DNA of 64,000 nt, taken from positions 7,196,102 through 7,260,101 of the forward strand of contig NC_068983.1 in NCBI RefSeq assembly GCF_001194135.2, given 5' to 3'. The translations under genes were made by a program, and so were the position numbers. The stretch comes from Octopus bimaculoides. Taxonomy: Eukaryota. Below, one piece after another: positions 13,552 through 25,893 of this stretch. How positions within the stretch are numbered: position 1 is the first letter of the stretch; each line of letters begins with the position of its first letter. The notes under the pieces were generated by a model. It had not been told where the DNA came from, ran no database searches, and saw only the letters and a list, made by a program, of their open reading frames with translations.

Positions 13552-14320
13552 TTAGGAATTCTGCCAAAAGAGGATTGGCAAGATAATCTTTAGAAGCAAT
13601 ACTCTCAATGGAATAATATAAATAAATAATAGTAAATGGTGATTCCTTATAAGCCACTGGGTGGCTGCGACACTACCAAAGATTAAAAGCTTTACCTACA
13701 TGCAGCTGTATCAGGAACAAACTGGCCCAGTACACTCCATACCTTTCTCCAACATATAGCCACATTAGAACTTCAACAGTGAGATAGTAAAACATTTGAC
13801 AATTAAGTAGTGCTCTGCTTTCTTTTAGTAGTAAGCCTCACCACCTACACATGGTACCTGTTAACAGCTATATGAATAGAAGAAGTTAAGATTTGATTAT
13901 CACAGCACAATGTTGCTTACAAAAAACACTGACCTCTTCACCCCCACTGTCCAACATCCTATCAACACATGGCCACTACTCTAATACTCTAATTCTCCTG
14001 CCTTCCCTGGGATCTGCCCACTCCAAATTACAATAAAGAAACATTTAAATAATACTGTCATTATTTACAATATTTAGCAATATCAGAAATTCAACACAAT
14101 ATGTTGGAATGCATTTCTCTATATTAACTGTGGTGCTGTATAACATTTGGTTTTATATGCAAATTTATAAAACTAGTTCACTCATTCAGAAGCAGACACT
14201 GAGATAAGAAATATGAGAGTAATGGAGAAATTCAGAGTAACAATGCACAGCCGTTACAGTTTCAAACAAACAAACGCTTACAGAAAATTGAACTTAACTG
14301 CTTGGCAAAAGTAACCAATA

Positions 14321-14497
14321 GGCGCAGGAGTGGCTGTGTGGTAAGTAACTTGCTTACCAACCACATGGTTCTGGGTTCAGTCACACTGCGTGGCAACCTG
14401 GGCAAGTGTCTTCTACTATAGTCTTGGGCCGACCAAAGTCTTGTGAGTGGATTTGGTAGATGGAAACTGAAAGAAGCCCGTCGTATATATTTATATA

Positions 14498-14534
<37 letters not shown>

Positions 14535-14716
14535 ATCCCCCTAGCATTGCTTGACAACCGATTGCTGGTGTGTTTATGTCTCCGTCAAAAGGGACCGATA
14601 GAATAAGTACTAGGCTTACAAAGAATAAGTCCTGGGGTCGATTTGCTTGACTAAAAGGCGGTGCTCCAGCATGGCCGCAGTCAAATGACTGAAATAAATA
14701 AAAGAGAGAAAGAGAG
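14321..14716 (+). mobile_element. SINE family A, full length
   Basis: ggcgcaggagtggctgtgtggtaag head, (TA/TG)n centre, gactgaaa..aaaagag tail. Confidence 0.9.
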
Positions 14717-15333
14717 TAATAGAACAGATACCAGGCTTTTCAGTTTGTACATCCAGAAACAAACAAATGTAAAGCTGGTGTCACTGAAAGCCACTACATA
14801 AAAATTCCAACAAGGAAAACCTATTTCAAATGTATGATACAAAGAACTGAAATCTTATAAAAAAAACAAAAAAACTATCACAATCAGTGGTATGTGTGTG
14901 TGCTTGAAGTGTTTCTAAATACAAAAGACAATGTGGGAGGTGGGTAAACAGCCCTGTCAGAGTATTTTAAGGATTCCTTTTGGAAGTCCTTATTTATTTG
15001 TAAACCTTATTGTAAAAACACACCCTGGGTCTGTCGCATCATTTAATGAGAACTCTGATTGTAACTAACCTCACACAACCGAAAACGAAGGGACGTAACC
15101 CAGGGATAACTAAGTAATGACTTGAATAACAGGAGAGTTGAACCTCCAAGACATTCCTTTTCAGAAATTTTCTAACAAATGANNNNNNNNNNNNNNNNNN
15201 NNNNNNNNNNNNNNNNNNNNNNNNNNNNNNNNNNNNNNNNNNNNNNNNNNNNNNNNNNNNNNNNNNNNNNNNNNNNNNNNNNNNNNNNNNNNNNNNNNNN
15301 NNNNNNNNNNNNNNNNNNNNNNNNNNNNNNNNN

Positions 15334-15675
15334 GCGTCTTCTGCTATAGCCTCAGGCCGACCAAAGCCTTGTGAGTGGATTTGGTAGACGGAAACTGAAA
15401 GAAGGCCGTCGCATATATATATATATATATATATATATGTGTATGTATGTGTGTGTATATGTTTGTGTGTCTGCGTTTGTCCCCCCCCCACCATCGCTTG
15501 ACAACCGATGCTGGTGTGTTTACGTCCCCGTAACTTGGCGGTTCAGCAAAAAGAGCCCGATAGAATAAGTACTAGGCTTATAAGGAATAAGTCCTGGGGT
15601 CGATTTTCTTGCCTAAAGGCGGTGCTCCAGCATGGCCACAGTCAAATGACTGAAACAAGTAAAAAAGTAAAAGAG
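15334..15675 (+). mobile_element. SINE family A (5' end in gap)
   Basis: Same body and tail as the other copies. Confidence 0.88.
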
Positions 15676-16612
15676 GGTACCAAATGGTTCCTGCCTTCCT
15701 TGGGCATTCAAACAACGCTGGTTCATTAGAATCAGAATTAAAATATCCTTAATATATAGATTTATCGAATTTCTCCAACAAAATTTTTTTTCAACGACTT
15801 GGAACGAAACGAAACAAACACCAAGACTCAATGTTAAGGAAAGAGAAAAAGTCACTGCAGAGTTATGTCCCTTATAAAAACGAAAAACCCGTACAGATGT
15901 ATATTTTAATATACGACTGGCACACTGAATTGTAATGGTTATGTTTAAAAGCCATCACTCATCACTCAAGGGACTAAATATCTGGTAGTGTAAGTGAAGA
16001 TTGTGATAGCTCCGAGTGGAAAATATTTCACATATCAGTAAACAAATATTCAAAACACCAATCTAACTGAGGTGAGATGAATGAGACAAAGATGTCTTCT
16101 AGTCATCTCTTTACAAGAATTTGTAGAAATAAATAAATGTTTACAGAAAAAATATATAGCCAATAGAAATGTTGTGAAAAATGTTCTTTACCAAACTTCT
16201 CAACAGCTTTGAACATCAAAATGTTCACACCTTCAAATATTAGATTTCAAGACTAAATGACCAAGTGACAGGAGTGACCAACACAAGCTGATACAACTGT
16301 TTGTGTGATATATAACTGTGGTTATTCAACACCTGAAGGCTGGTACTGGATGGACCAGCAAGCAGTGTCAAAATACACAGATTACAGAAAGATTCTCATT
16401 GCTATTTGTGTAAGGAAAGGGAAAAGGAGGTCTGAAATGAAGACTGCAGAGCGAAAGGTTGCTAATGTTGTATGAGTATGCACACAACTTTATACACTTG
16501 GTTGTGTACACCAGATTCTATAAATTAGATTCTGCATGCACTGAAGTTTGTAAAACTTTCCCTCCTGAATGGGCAGAGAGAAAAAGTAGAACAATGTATT
16601 TATTTATATGTA

Positions 16613-17294
16613 CAGGGTGGTTATAAAGTTACGCATCATCCTGCAATATATGAAATTGCTAACATTCTCTTTTTTTATCTCTTTTCACAACTGCAGATAT
16701 TATTCACGAATCAATTCTCATTGGATGGAGGCAGATAATCAACAAGGTGGGGACAAGGTAATGGTGTGGTGTGGGATTTGGCACAATCAAGTAATTGGAC
16801 CATTTTAATTTGAGGGCTCTGTGACAGGTGATTCGTATCTGGATATGCTTGGCAACAAGATGATGCTTCACATGCATTCACTTGGAAGGGGAAATCCTGT
16901 CTGGTTTCAGCAGGATGGAGCTCTGCTCCATTATGCATTACAAGTTTGTGATTTTCTGAATGAACATTTTCCAAGGAGATGACTTGGGTGTCACAGTTCA
17001 ATTGAGTGGGCACCACGGTCACCAGATTTAACTCCCGTGGACTTTTTCTTTTGGGGCTACATTAAATCCCTTGTGATTTCTTTAAAGATTCGTGACCAAG
17101 GACATCTTCAAAGAATTGTTGAAGCATGTGAACAAGTCAACGGCAATGAAGAGCTATTTGAGAGGGTTCATCACAATTTCAAATTCCATATAAACTCTTG
17201 TTTAGAGCTCCATGGCCAACACTTTGAACATTTGTAATGGATTACCTACTTCATTGCTAATAAAGCATACATGATATTCCATGTGGCCACCCTG
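16613..17294 (+). mobile_element. Internally deleted Tc1/mariner element, DD41D (rosa/VS-type) transposase remnant
   Basis: TA-CAGGGTGG...CCACCCTG-TA ends; VMVWCGI, FQQDGA...WAPRSPDLTPVDFFFWG with 41 residues between the two aspartates; in-frame stops. Confidence 0.9.
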
Positions 17295-18057
17295 TATATA
17301 GTTGTTATATTCCTGTGTGAGAGAGAGAAAGGAAGGTTTGTGCAATGGCTGCAGGCAATGGTAAAAGTCAAAATTTCTCAGTCCCAGTACATCAACATAA
17401 TTTAAGATATCTGGGATTTATATACAACCAAGGTGCCAAGTAAAATAACCATTAGTTTGGAGGTTGGTACCAAGTAAAAAAGCATCCAGTACATTCTGTA
17501 AAGTGGTTGGCATTAGGAAGAGTATTCGGCCATAAAAACCATGCCAATACAGACTATGGAATCCAGTGTAGCCCCTGCCCTTGCCAATTCCAGTCAAGCC
17601 ATCCAACCCATTCCAGCACAGAAAACAGACATAATGACAGAAAACAAATAACAGACCACAAAAAAGAAATGTGGGTGGCTGGTTCTAACTAGCAAATACA
17701 CTAAAGAGGTGTTTATTGCCAGAACAACTTATGTAATATCTAGTAAAACTAGATATTGTATAGATTCCCATGACGCTGAGGAAATTACTGATGGTTTGTA
17801 TTGGCAAATAGCTATGAAAAATTCAAATAGTGAAATAAATTTTATGAGATGACGAAGAAGAGAGAACGTCACAGTATAAAAGTTATTCCTGTTTCAACTT
17901 TGTATCTCTATATCAAAAGCAATAAAGCAGACCAGAGAGACTTGCAGTCATTTCCGAGTTACTAGCTCTGTATTTAACCATATGAGCTAGTGTTAAAAGG
18001 TAAGTATAAAGACTAAGTCACTTTATGACTAAGCTGATTTTTTTAGAGAAAGAGAGA

Positions 18058-18100
<43 letters not shown>

Positions 18101-18635
18101 CCTAAGAAAGTCAGCTGTTTTTCCATTACCACTTGTCTATATCCAGGTTTATGTGTGACATACGTACACCTACGATTTGAAAGTATATTTAATATTTGAA
18201 GTATAAATCATCTTCTGAAGAATATTGCAAAGTCTTAAACATGAAATATATTTTAACATACAGAACCATTTAGTAAGCAAGCATCATTATGTGTCAAATG
18301 CCACAGTGGCTGTATGTGCATGTACACATACACACATCATCATCATCATCATTTAACGTCCATCTTCCATGCTGGCATGGGTTGGACAGTTTGACACGAG
18401 CTGGCCAGGTGGAAGACTACTAACTGTGGTGTAGTCTTTTACCTGGCTGGACACACACACACACACACACATACACTCTCTCTTGCATTCAGTATGTAAG
18501 GTGTAGTATATCAACCTCAGAAGAATCAGAGTAGGAAGACTAACACACACACACAGAATGATTGAAAAATGAAGCCTAATTCCAAAAATAAAATACATTC
18601 TACACATGTACTAAGTTCAGAATACGTATTCTTGC

Positions 18636-18696
<61 letters not shown>

Positions 18697-18905
18697 AAGA
18701 GAGAAAGCCATGACTTAGTGCTACAAGTTATATATAAATGGTTAATGGGATAAACATTTATATTACACTATGAGATATGCATATAAAACAGCTAGAGAAT
18801 AGCCTAACTCAACAAGGGTTAATATGACCTTTAGTGGTCCAGAGAATTTATATGCTACAATACACCAAATATTTTAACAATGTTTTAATACAATTCCTAA
18901 CGATG

Positions 18906-19294
18906 GGCGCAGGAGTGGCTGTGTGGTAAGTAGCTTGCTTACCAACCACATGGTTCCGGGTTCAGTCCCACTGCGTGGCATCTTGGGCGAGTGTCTTCTA
19001 CTATAGCCTCAGGCCGACCAAAGCCTTGTGAGTGGATTTGGTAGGCAAAAACTGAAAGAAGCCCGTCGTATATATGTATATATATGTGTGTGTGTGTTTG
19101 TGTGTCTATGTTTGTCTCCCTAGCATCGCTTGACAACTGATGCTGGTGTGTTTATGTCCCCGTCACTTAGCGGTTCAGCAGAAGAGACCAATAGAATAAG
19201 TATTAGGCTTACAAAGAATAAGTTGCTCGACTAAAGGCAGTGCTCCAGCATGGCCGCAATCAAATGACTGAAACAAGTAAAAGAGTAAAGAGTA
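18906..19294 (+). mobile_element. SINE family A, full length
   Basis: Same head, body and tail. Confidence 0.9.
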
Positions 19295-19825
19295 ATATTC
19301 AATTATAAATATACATCAGGTCTTTTTTTAAAAACATTGAATGGCTATGGGAGGTCAGTAGAGTAAAATAGGAATTAAAAGGATCCGTAAGTATAAAACA
19401 GTTGAGCACTACGGGTCTAACTGTTTGGTGGTCATGTGACTACTAAATTATGCGATTCACATGTGATGTGTGAAGATGAAGGTGCTGTTAGTTTATACTA
19501 GCAGACCATTTTGTTTTGCTTTCTGTTTGTCCTCTGAGGTCTACATAACTGTGGAGTCCAACCAAATGACACTCGGACATTGTAAGTCGTTTTCACTGTT
19601 TCCCTCTGGATATACAGGAATAGACATGGAGTTTAAAAAATACTGATTATTTGTAATGCAAATCAAGTTTAAATCACACCAAATACATATGCACAGGTTC
19701 AGTAATAGAAACAGGGAGGAAAATAGAACTCAAACCATGAGTATATAGAAATTGTTTTATTATTTTTGATTAGTTGAAGTTACAAAGTGACTCAAGGGCC
19801 AACAGTTTAGTGCATGGCACTTAAA

Positions 19826-19848
19826 CTATTTCATTACACACATACATG

Positions 19849-19890
<42 letters not shown>

Positions 19891-20042
19891 CACACACACA
19901 CACATATATATACACACACACAAACATATATATATACACACAAACATATATATACACACAAACATATATATATACACACACAAACATATATATATATACA
20001 CACAAACACACACATACATACATATATACACACATATATATT
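19826..20042. repeat. Compound (CA)n/(TA)n microsatellite with higher-order cacaaacatatatata units
   Basis: Direct inspection. Confidence 0.9.
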
Positions 20043-20894
20043 TATGTACACATCTATCACTGTCTTGACCAGACTATCAGATGTTATACGGGTCACAATA
20101 TGCTTCCTTACATTGGTGTAGCTTTCGAATGATGCCACCCCACTGGCCAGGCAGGCAGGCAGGCAGGCCAGCATCCCCCCTTGGAACATCAGTCTGTTAC
20201 AGGGTTGTCACCCATTTACATGACACCGGCAATGGCCATGACAACAAATTCACTTGGCTTGCCGAGTCTTCTCAAGAGCAGCATATCACCAAAGATCTCG
20301 GTCACTTGTCATCACCTCAGAAAAGCCCAACATTCAAAGATCATGCTTTGCCACCTCGTCCCTCGCCTCTGTGAGGCCCAGTGTGATTTAAATTTAATTT
20401 GCACTACAAATAACCAGTAAATACACTCCATGTATATAGTTGTCTACCAAAAGGGAAACTGAGAAGGACTCACAATATATATATATGGACTTTTCTTTAT
20501 GTTTTAGTACAAAACCATAAACGCGATAATTAACACTTTTATGTTGGAAGTGTGTAGAGTGCTTGTATATGCTAATATGTCTAAGTTAAACAGGGATTAC
20601 ATAGATGAGAAGTGGTTTTGTTCAGACATCCAACCAGATGGTTCGATAAAATAATGACACAAGCTAGTTTTGCTGCATTTAACTTCTTAACTGAGTCAAT
20701 AGAATGGGGATACTTGCAATAACATTCACAACCAACGATTGTCTGAGTTCAACAACAACAACAGAAACAATACCATTAACAACAGCAACAATAACAACAA
20801 CAAATTGAGGAATTAGAAATAAGGAACATAAATGATTTCATAGGTCTGTTCAGAAAACAAACAATATACTTAACTAACCTTGACTGCTATGCAG

Positions 20895-21135
20895 GTGGCA
20901 CATAGAAAACACCATTTGAGCGTGGCCATTACCAGTACCGTCAGACTGGCCCTCGTGCCGGTGGTACATAAAAAGCACCCACTACACTCTTGGAGTGGTT
21001 GGCGTTAGGAAGGGCATCCAGCTGTAGAAACTCTGCCAAATCAGATTGGAGTCTGGTGTAGCCATCCGCTTCACCAGTCCCCAGTCAAATCGTCCAACCC
21101 ATGCTAAAGCGGACGTTAAATGATGATGATGATGA
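20895..21135 (+). mobile_element. SINE family C
   Basis: aaaagcacccactacactc...gttggcgttaggaagggcatcc...ggacgttaaatgatgatgat. Confidence 0.8.
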
Positions 21136-21597
21136 TATATAGACACACACACACATATATATATATGCACACACACATATACATATATACACACATACAT
21201 ACATAGGAAGAGAGAGCTGGGGTACACAGGTGGCTGTGGTTAAGAAGCTTGCTCCCCAACCAAATGGTCTCAGGTTCAGTCCCATTGCATGCCACCTTGG
21301 GCAAGATTCTTCTACTATAGCCCCAGGTTGACCAAAACCATATAAGTGGATTTGGTAGATGGAAACTAAGAGGCCTCCCATTGCCTTGATGTCATGTGAT
21401 GATTGCAAATAAACATCACCAGCTTGCAAGCAATGTCATTTGTTTCCGGTCTTTCATGTAAAACATGCCAAAGGGGAAATATTACCTGGCTTTGGAAACT
21501 GGAGAGGGTTGGTGATGGCATTAACTTGTAGAAAATCTACTTCAGCATGACCTGACCTATGCAAACATGGAAAAATGGACATTGAACTATGGTGATG

Positions 21598-21632
<35 letters not shown>

Positions 21633-24486
21633 AAGTATGTATAAGAACAGGGCTGTTGCTGGATCATATCTATATAATTATATGTATGATATGGAAGGGT
21701 CAGCAACTAACAGCCATTACTAATGCATAGAAACAATTGTTGAAATTTGTGTTCATTCCACCTTGTTTCATAAATTTACTTATGTTCTTTAGTAGCATTT
21801 TAACCAATATGGCTAAGACAATGTTGAAGCACGACCTTCAAACACAGGACACTTTTTTATTAAACTTTTAGCGAGGAGGAAGGAGCAATGACAAGGATAC
21901 CTTACTGGATCCCTTGGAATCGTAGGAGAAAGGGAGCTATCCTCAGACTAGAGGCATGGATTGTGTTAGTAATAGAGTGGACTTCACTGAAGGCATCCAA
22001 GTGCCAGGTGAGGGTGCTAAACCAGGCAGTCAATGAAGCCTACAACCCACACATAGTTGAACTGGTATTAATAATGTATGTTGAGGCTGGAACACTCCTG
22101 GGCTAATTGCATGTAAGTGTGCACATATATACATACACAGATATATACATAAACACACATACTTATATAATTTGTTTATTCATTTAATTTTCATTTTCCC
22201 ACACAATCCTATATACACACAAATGCACATACAGACATTTAAGTTGCTTATTACTAGCTTTTTCATTTTATAGAGAGTATATGTTTTAGTTTTAATTTTA
22301 ATTTAATTTAAATTTCTGCTGAGATGTATATCTTTTCCACTATTAGAAGACTGTCTGTGTGTGGTTTGGGTGGGGTACATGAGGCAGAAATATCAAGAAA
22401 TATTATGAAAAAAGAAAATTCGTTTTTTGTCTTCAGGTTTACATATACAATTGTGTTTTATATATTTAATGTTTATTATATTAATTTTAAGTTTTACAAT
22501 AGTACAAGTCTGCACTAACCCTCTTACATAACAGCTATTAAAGCTAAGCCTAAACTTACAGAGCACCTATTATAGCTAAGTATAGACTATTAATAATGAT
22601 CCATGTTAAAGAAATAGAGAATTTGCACAAAAAAAAAAATTCTCTGAAATATCAAATATGCTGCCCATTTTGTGATATACATCCTTGCCATCACAATTAT
22701 TTTATGGCTTTAAATATTTAAACTAGATACTTCACATTATGAGTATTGTTCTCATATCTGAGACAGTGCTGCTGTAACACATCCAGAAAAGCTTTCATGG
22801 TTTGACTGCCATAAAGTCCCTCAAAGACTCCATCCTCAGCTCATAGGCGCACTACTCCTCACAAATAAGTAGGCTCGTACTATCTTCACTCAAACATTTC
22901 CAAGCCAGTTGTCCTTATTCACCCCACCACCCTCCTTACCCTTGATATATCTAAACCCCTCACTCAGGCCTCCTACATTAATCACTGCAAACAGTCCTGT
23001 CCAGAGTGTTGGTGGCCATCTGGAAGTACCTCCCAGCTTATGCCTTTCACACAGATGCCGACAGTGTTCAAGGAGAATATTAATGGCCTTAGTCACACCT
23101 ATATCAGAAAGGATGCAAAGACTGTGGGCACTGCCCCTTCCTTGAAACCCAACAAATAAAAAACAACAGTTTTGTTACTTTGTCTTGTCTAGAACTGCAG
23201 TTCTCAACTGGGGCCAATTTGACACTGGGGTAGATGGGTCCATATGAGATTTTGTTAAAATTTATGCGGAATAAATTGGTCATACTCCTACAATGTACAA
23301 AATATTTTAACGATTTTTTCGATACAATTTGTAATAATATTTAATTATGAAAATATTACAGGATTTTTTGAACACTGAATGGCTCTGAGAGTCCACCCAA
23401 GTAAAATGGGAATCAAAGGGGTCCGTAGCTAAAAAATGGGGGAGAACTACTAGAACAATAAATATCTTAGCTCCATCCTCATTTTCCTCAATGATACAGT
23501 TATCGTGGTGACTGTCAATGATTCCCCAGGTACTCTTCATAAGTCCAAGTTTTTCTTTGGAACAAATTTCTGAATTCTATCAATGTTTTAAGTAAAGTGA
23601 AAAGAAATAGGTAACAGACAACATCATTTCTAGGATTCACAATAACAAATAAAACCAATAATAACATTAACCGGAATTTTTCATTCAGAAAATAAACCAC
23701 GCCTCTGCTGAAACAGCAATGGACCAAGGAAATTTACTGTTTTAAACAAAACATAAGGAACTAATAAGAAAACATGACAAACCCTTAATGGTGACATTTT
23801 GAAAGTGGGGCCGGGTTGGGGTTTTAACGATGTTTTTTTTAGAAAAAAAAAGAACAAAGCAAAAATGTTTCTCCAGGTATCTGTATCTTATTCCTCTTCT
23901 GACTAATTAAATATTGTGTGTACATGTGTGCGTGTATACATATATATATACATCACACACACACATGTATACATGTGAGTGCAGGTGTGTATAGCTGTAT
24001 AGATTTTGCTATTTCCAGTATATATAGATGTTTTAGTTCTTTATCTTAAAATATCAAGTACTCTCATGACATAACATTTATATAACAATAAAATGTACCA
24101 TTTATATACATACATATATATATATATAAATACATATATATATTACAATATTTACACACACACACACACATAGTTTTATATCCATTTTCCCAGATAGCAT
24201 GGGTAAGCTGGATTTTGAAATGTGTAATATTAAGTACATTATAGAAACAATTTTTACAGCAGGATGTACTTCCCAGTCGTTGACCACAGATCACGTGTGT
24301 ATGCAAATATACACATACTCACATACACATAAATATATAAAAACAAACACACACACACACACGAATATATATACACACACGCATATTTACATATTCCATG
24401 AAAACACATATAAAAGGTTATTCCACTCACAGCTGACATGTTACTGACTCAAACAAAACTTCACAAAGTGATGCAACAATTTAGAG

Positions 24487-24802
24487 CAGAGGTTCCCAAA
24501 CATTTTGGGGATGCTGCCCCCCTGGCCACATTNNNNNNNNNNNNNNNNNNNNNNNNNNNNNNNNNNNNNNNNNNNNNNNNNNAATCCCATTCCACAACTC
24601 ACCACCACAAACCCTGACCACTTTCTGCAGGAAGTTCAACAACAGTATTTCACAAATAAAACTTTAACCCATAATTTTGTTGTTTTTAGACCCATCACCC
24701 CTCTTTTGGCCACCCCATTATCACTTCACTTTTCTTCAATGTACCCCTGGACCTTTGCAATACCTCCCCAAGGGGGCAGTATTCCCACTTTGGGAGCCAC
24801 TG
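24487..24802. mobile_element. Non-autonomous hAT (Charlie-like) MITE
   Basis: Ends CAGAGGTTCCCAAA...TTTGGGAGCCACTG; perfect 8-bp TSD ATTTAGAG at 24479-86 and 24803-10. Confidence 0.85.
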
Positions 24803-25237
24803 ATTTAGAGCATCAAACTGTTAACAATGACAAAAATATTAAACAGACATGTTGACCTGGGAACTGGTCAACCTTCCAATAGGCCCCCACTGACATACAC
24901 TATTACTGGTACAGCTCAAAGTGGTGGGTTGGCAGAAGCATTGGTGTGTCAGACAAAATGCTTTGCAGCATCTCTTCTGGCTCTTTACATTCTGAGTTCA
25001 AACTCCACTGAGGTCAGTCAACTTTGCGTTTCATCCTTTTGGAAGTTGGTAAAATACATATCAGTCCAATAATAGGGCGAGTGTATTTCAAATTGCCCCT
25101 ACCCTCAAAATTGCCGGCCTTGTGCTAAAATTAGAAAGAATTGATTACAGTTTACCAATTAGCCTATTAACACATCCAACCTGACATTAAGTGTTCCAGT
25201 CTCACCCAACAGTAGCCTTCAAAAACTCTGGGCCAAG

Positions 25238-25243
25238 TTTATT
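25238..25243 (-). promoter_or_regulatory. Candidate NISCH polyadenylation signal AATAAA
   Basis: tttatt on the + strand about 650 nt past the stop; the hexamer is common in this AT-rich DNA. Confidence 0.3.
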
Positions 25244-25893
25244 CCTTTTCAGAATAAAATAAATAAATAAATAATTAAAAAAAAAAGTTGTTAACTCAAG
25301 CAAGTAATTCACTAATGATTACAGAAGTGAGTTCTTAGCAAAATACAAGACCTCAAAATTTATAAAAGAATGGGAAATGCAATGCTGTGATGTTCATGCC
25401 ATTCATAGAGGCATTTGTGCCACTTAGGAGTTTAGATGTTGCTCCGGAACACTTGCAGTATCGGTGCATAGGTACTCAGAGTATTCGTCAAAGTATTTTA
25501 GAATTGGTTCTGTGAAAGACAAGGAATAACACAAATCTGAAATTATAAATTAAGGAGGCATGGCAGGGGAGGGAAGGGTGGGGTTCCCGTTTTTTTTGGG
25601 GGGGTTTCTTTTTTTTAAACGATAACACAGAAAAGAGAGTACAACACCTCACACACGTAGCTGTAGTTTAGGTTTAATGCCTGACATGCTTTTTGTTAAA
25701 AAAAATCTATGGTTTGAATCTGTTAGTCTCAAAACATTGGGTCATGATCATGTTAATCTCAAAGCAGTGTTAATTGTTGAGTGGCCTTCTTAATCCGGGT
25801 CAGCGTGCGGTTGTCCCGACTCTCTCAGGACGCTGATGCTGTAACATACTGCATGAAAAAAAAGGAAGTTGTATGGTCACCACCACGTTTGTG

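Noticed and set aside
18906-18985. tRNA-like sequences at SINE heads (also 9565-9635, 29782-29854, 52750-52820)
   Set aside because: No complete cloverleaf; each continues into a repeat body, so these are SINE promoters rather than tRNA genes.
19539-19581. Possible 43-nt plus-strand microexon (GLHNCGVQPNDTRT) with gtaagt donor
   Set aside because: The acceptor is GAG rather than YAG, there are no partner exons and no recognisable homology.
23196-23452. Possible second hAT-like MITE
   Set aside because: TIRs and TSD are only partly matched (7/8), insufficient to call.
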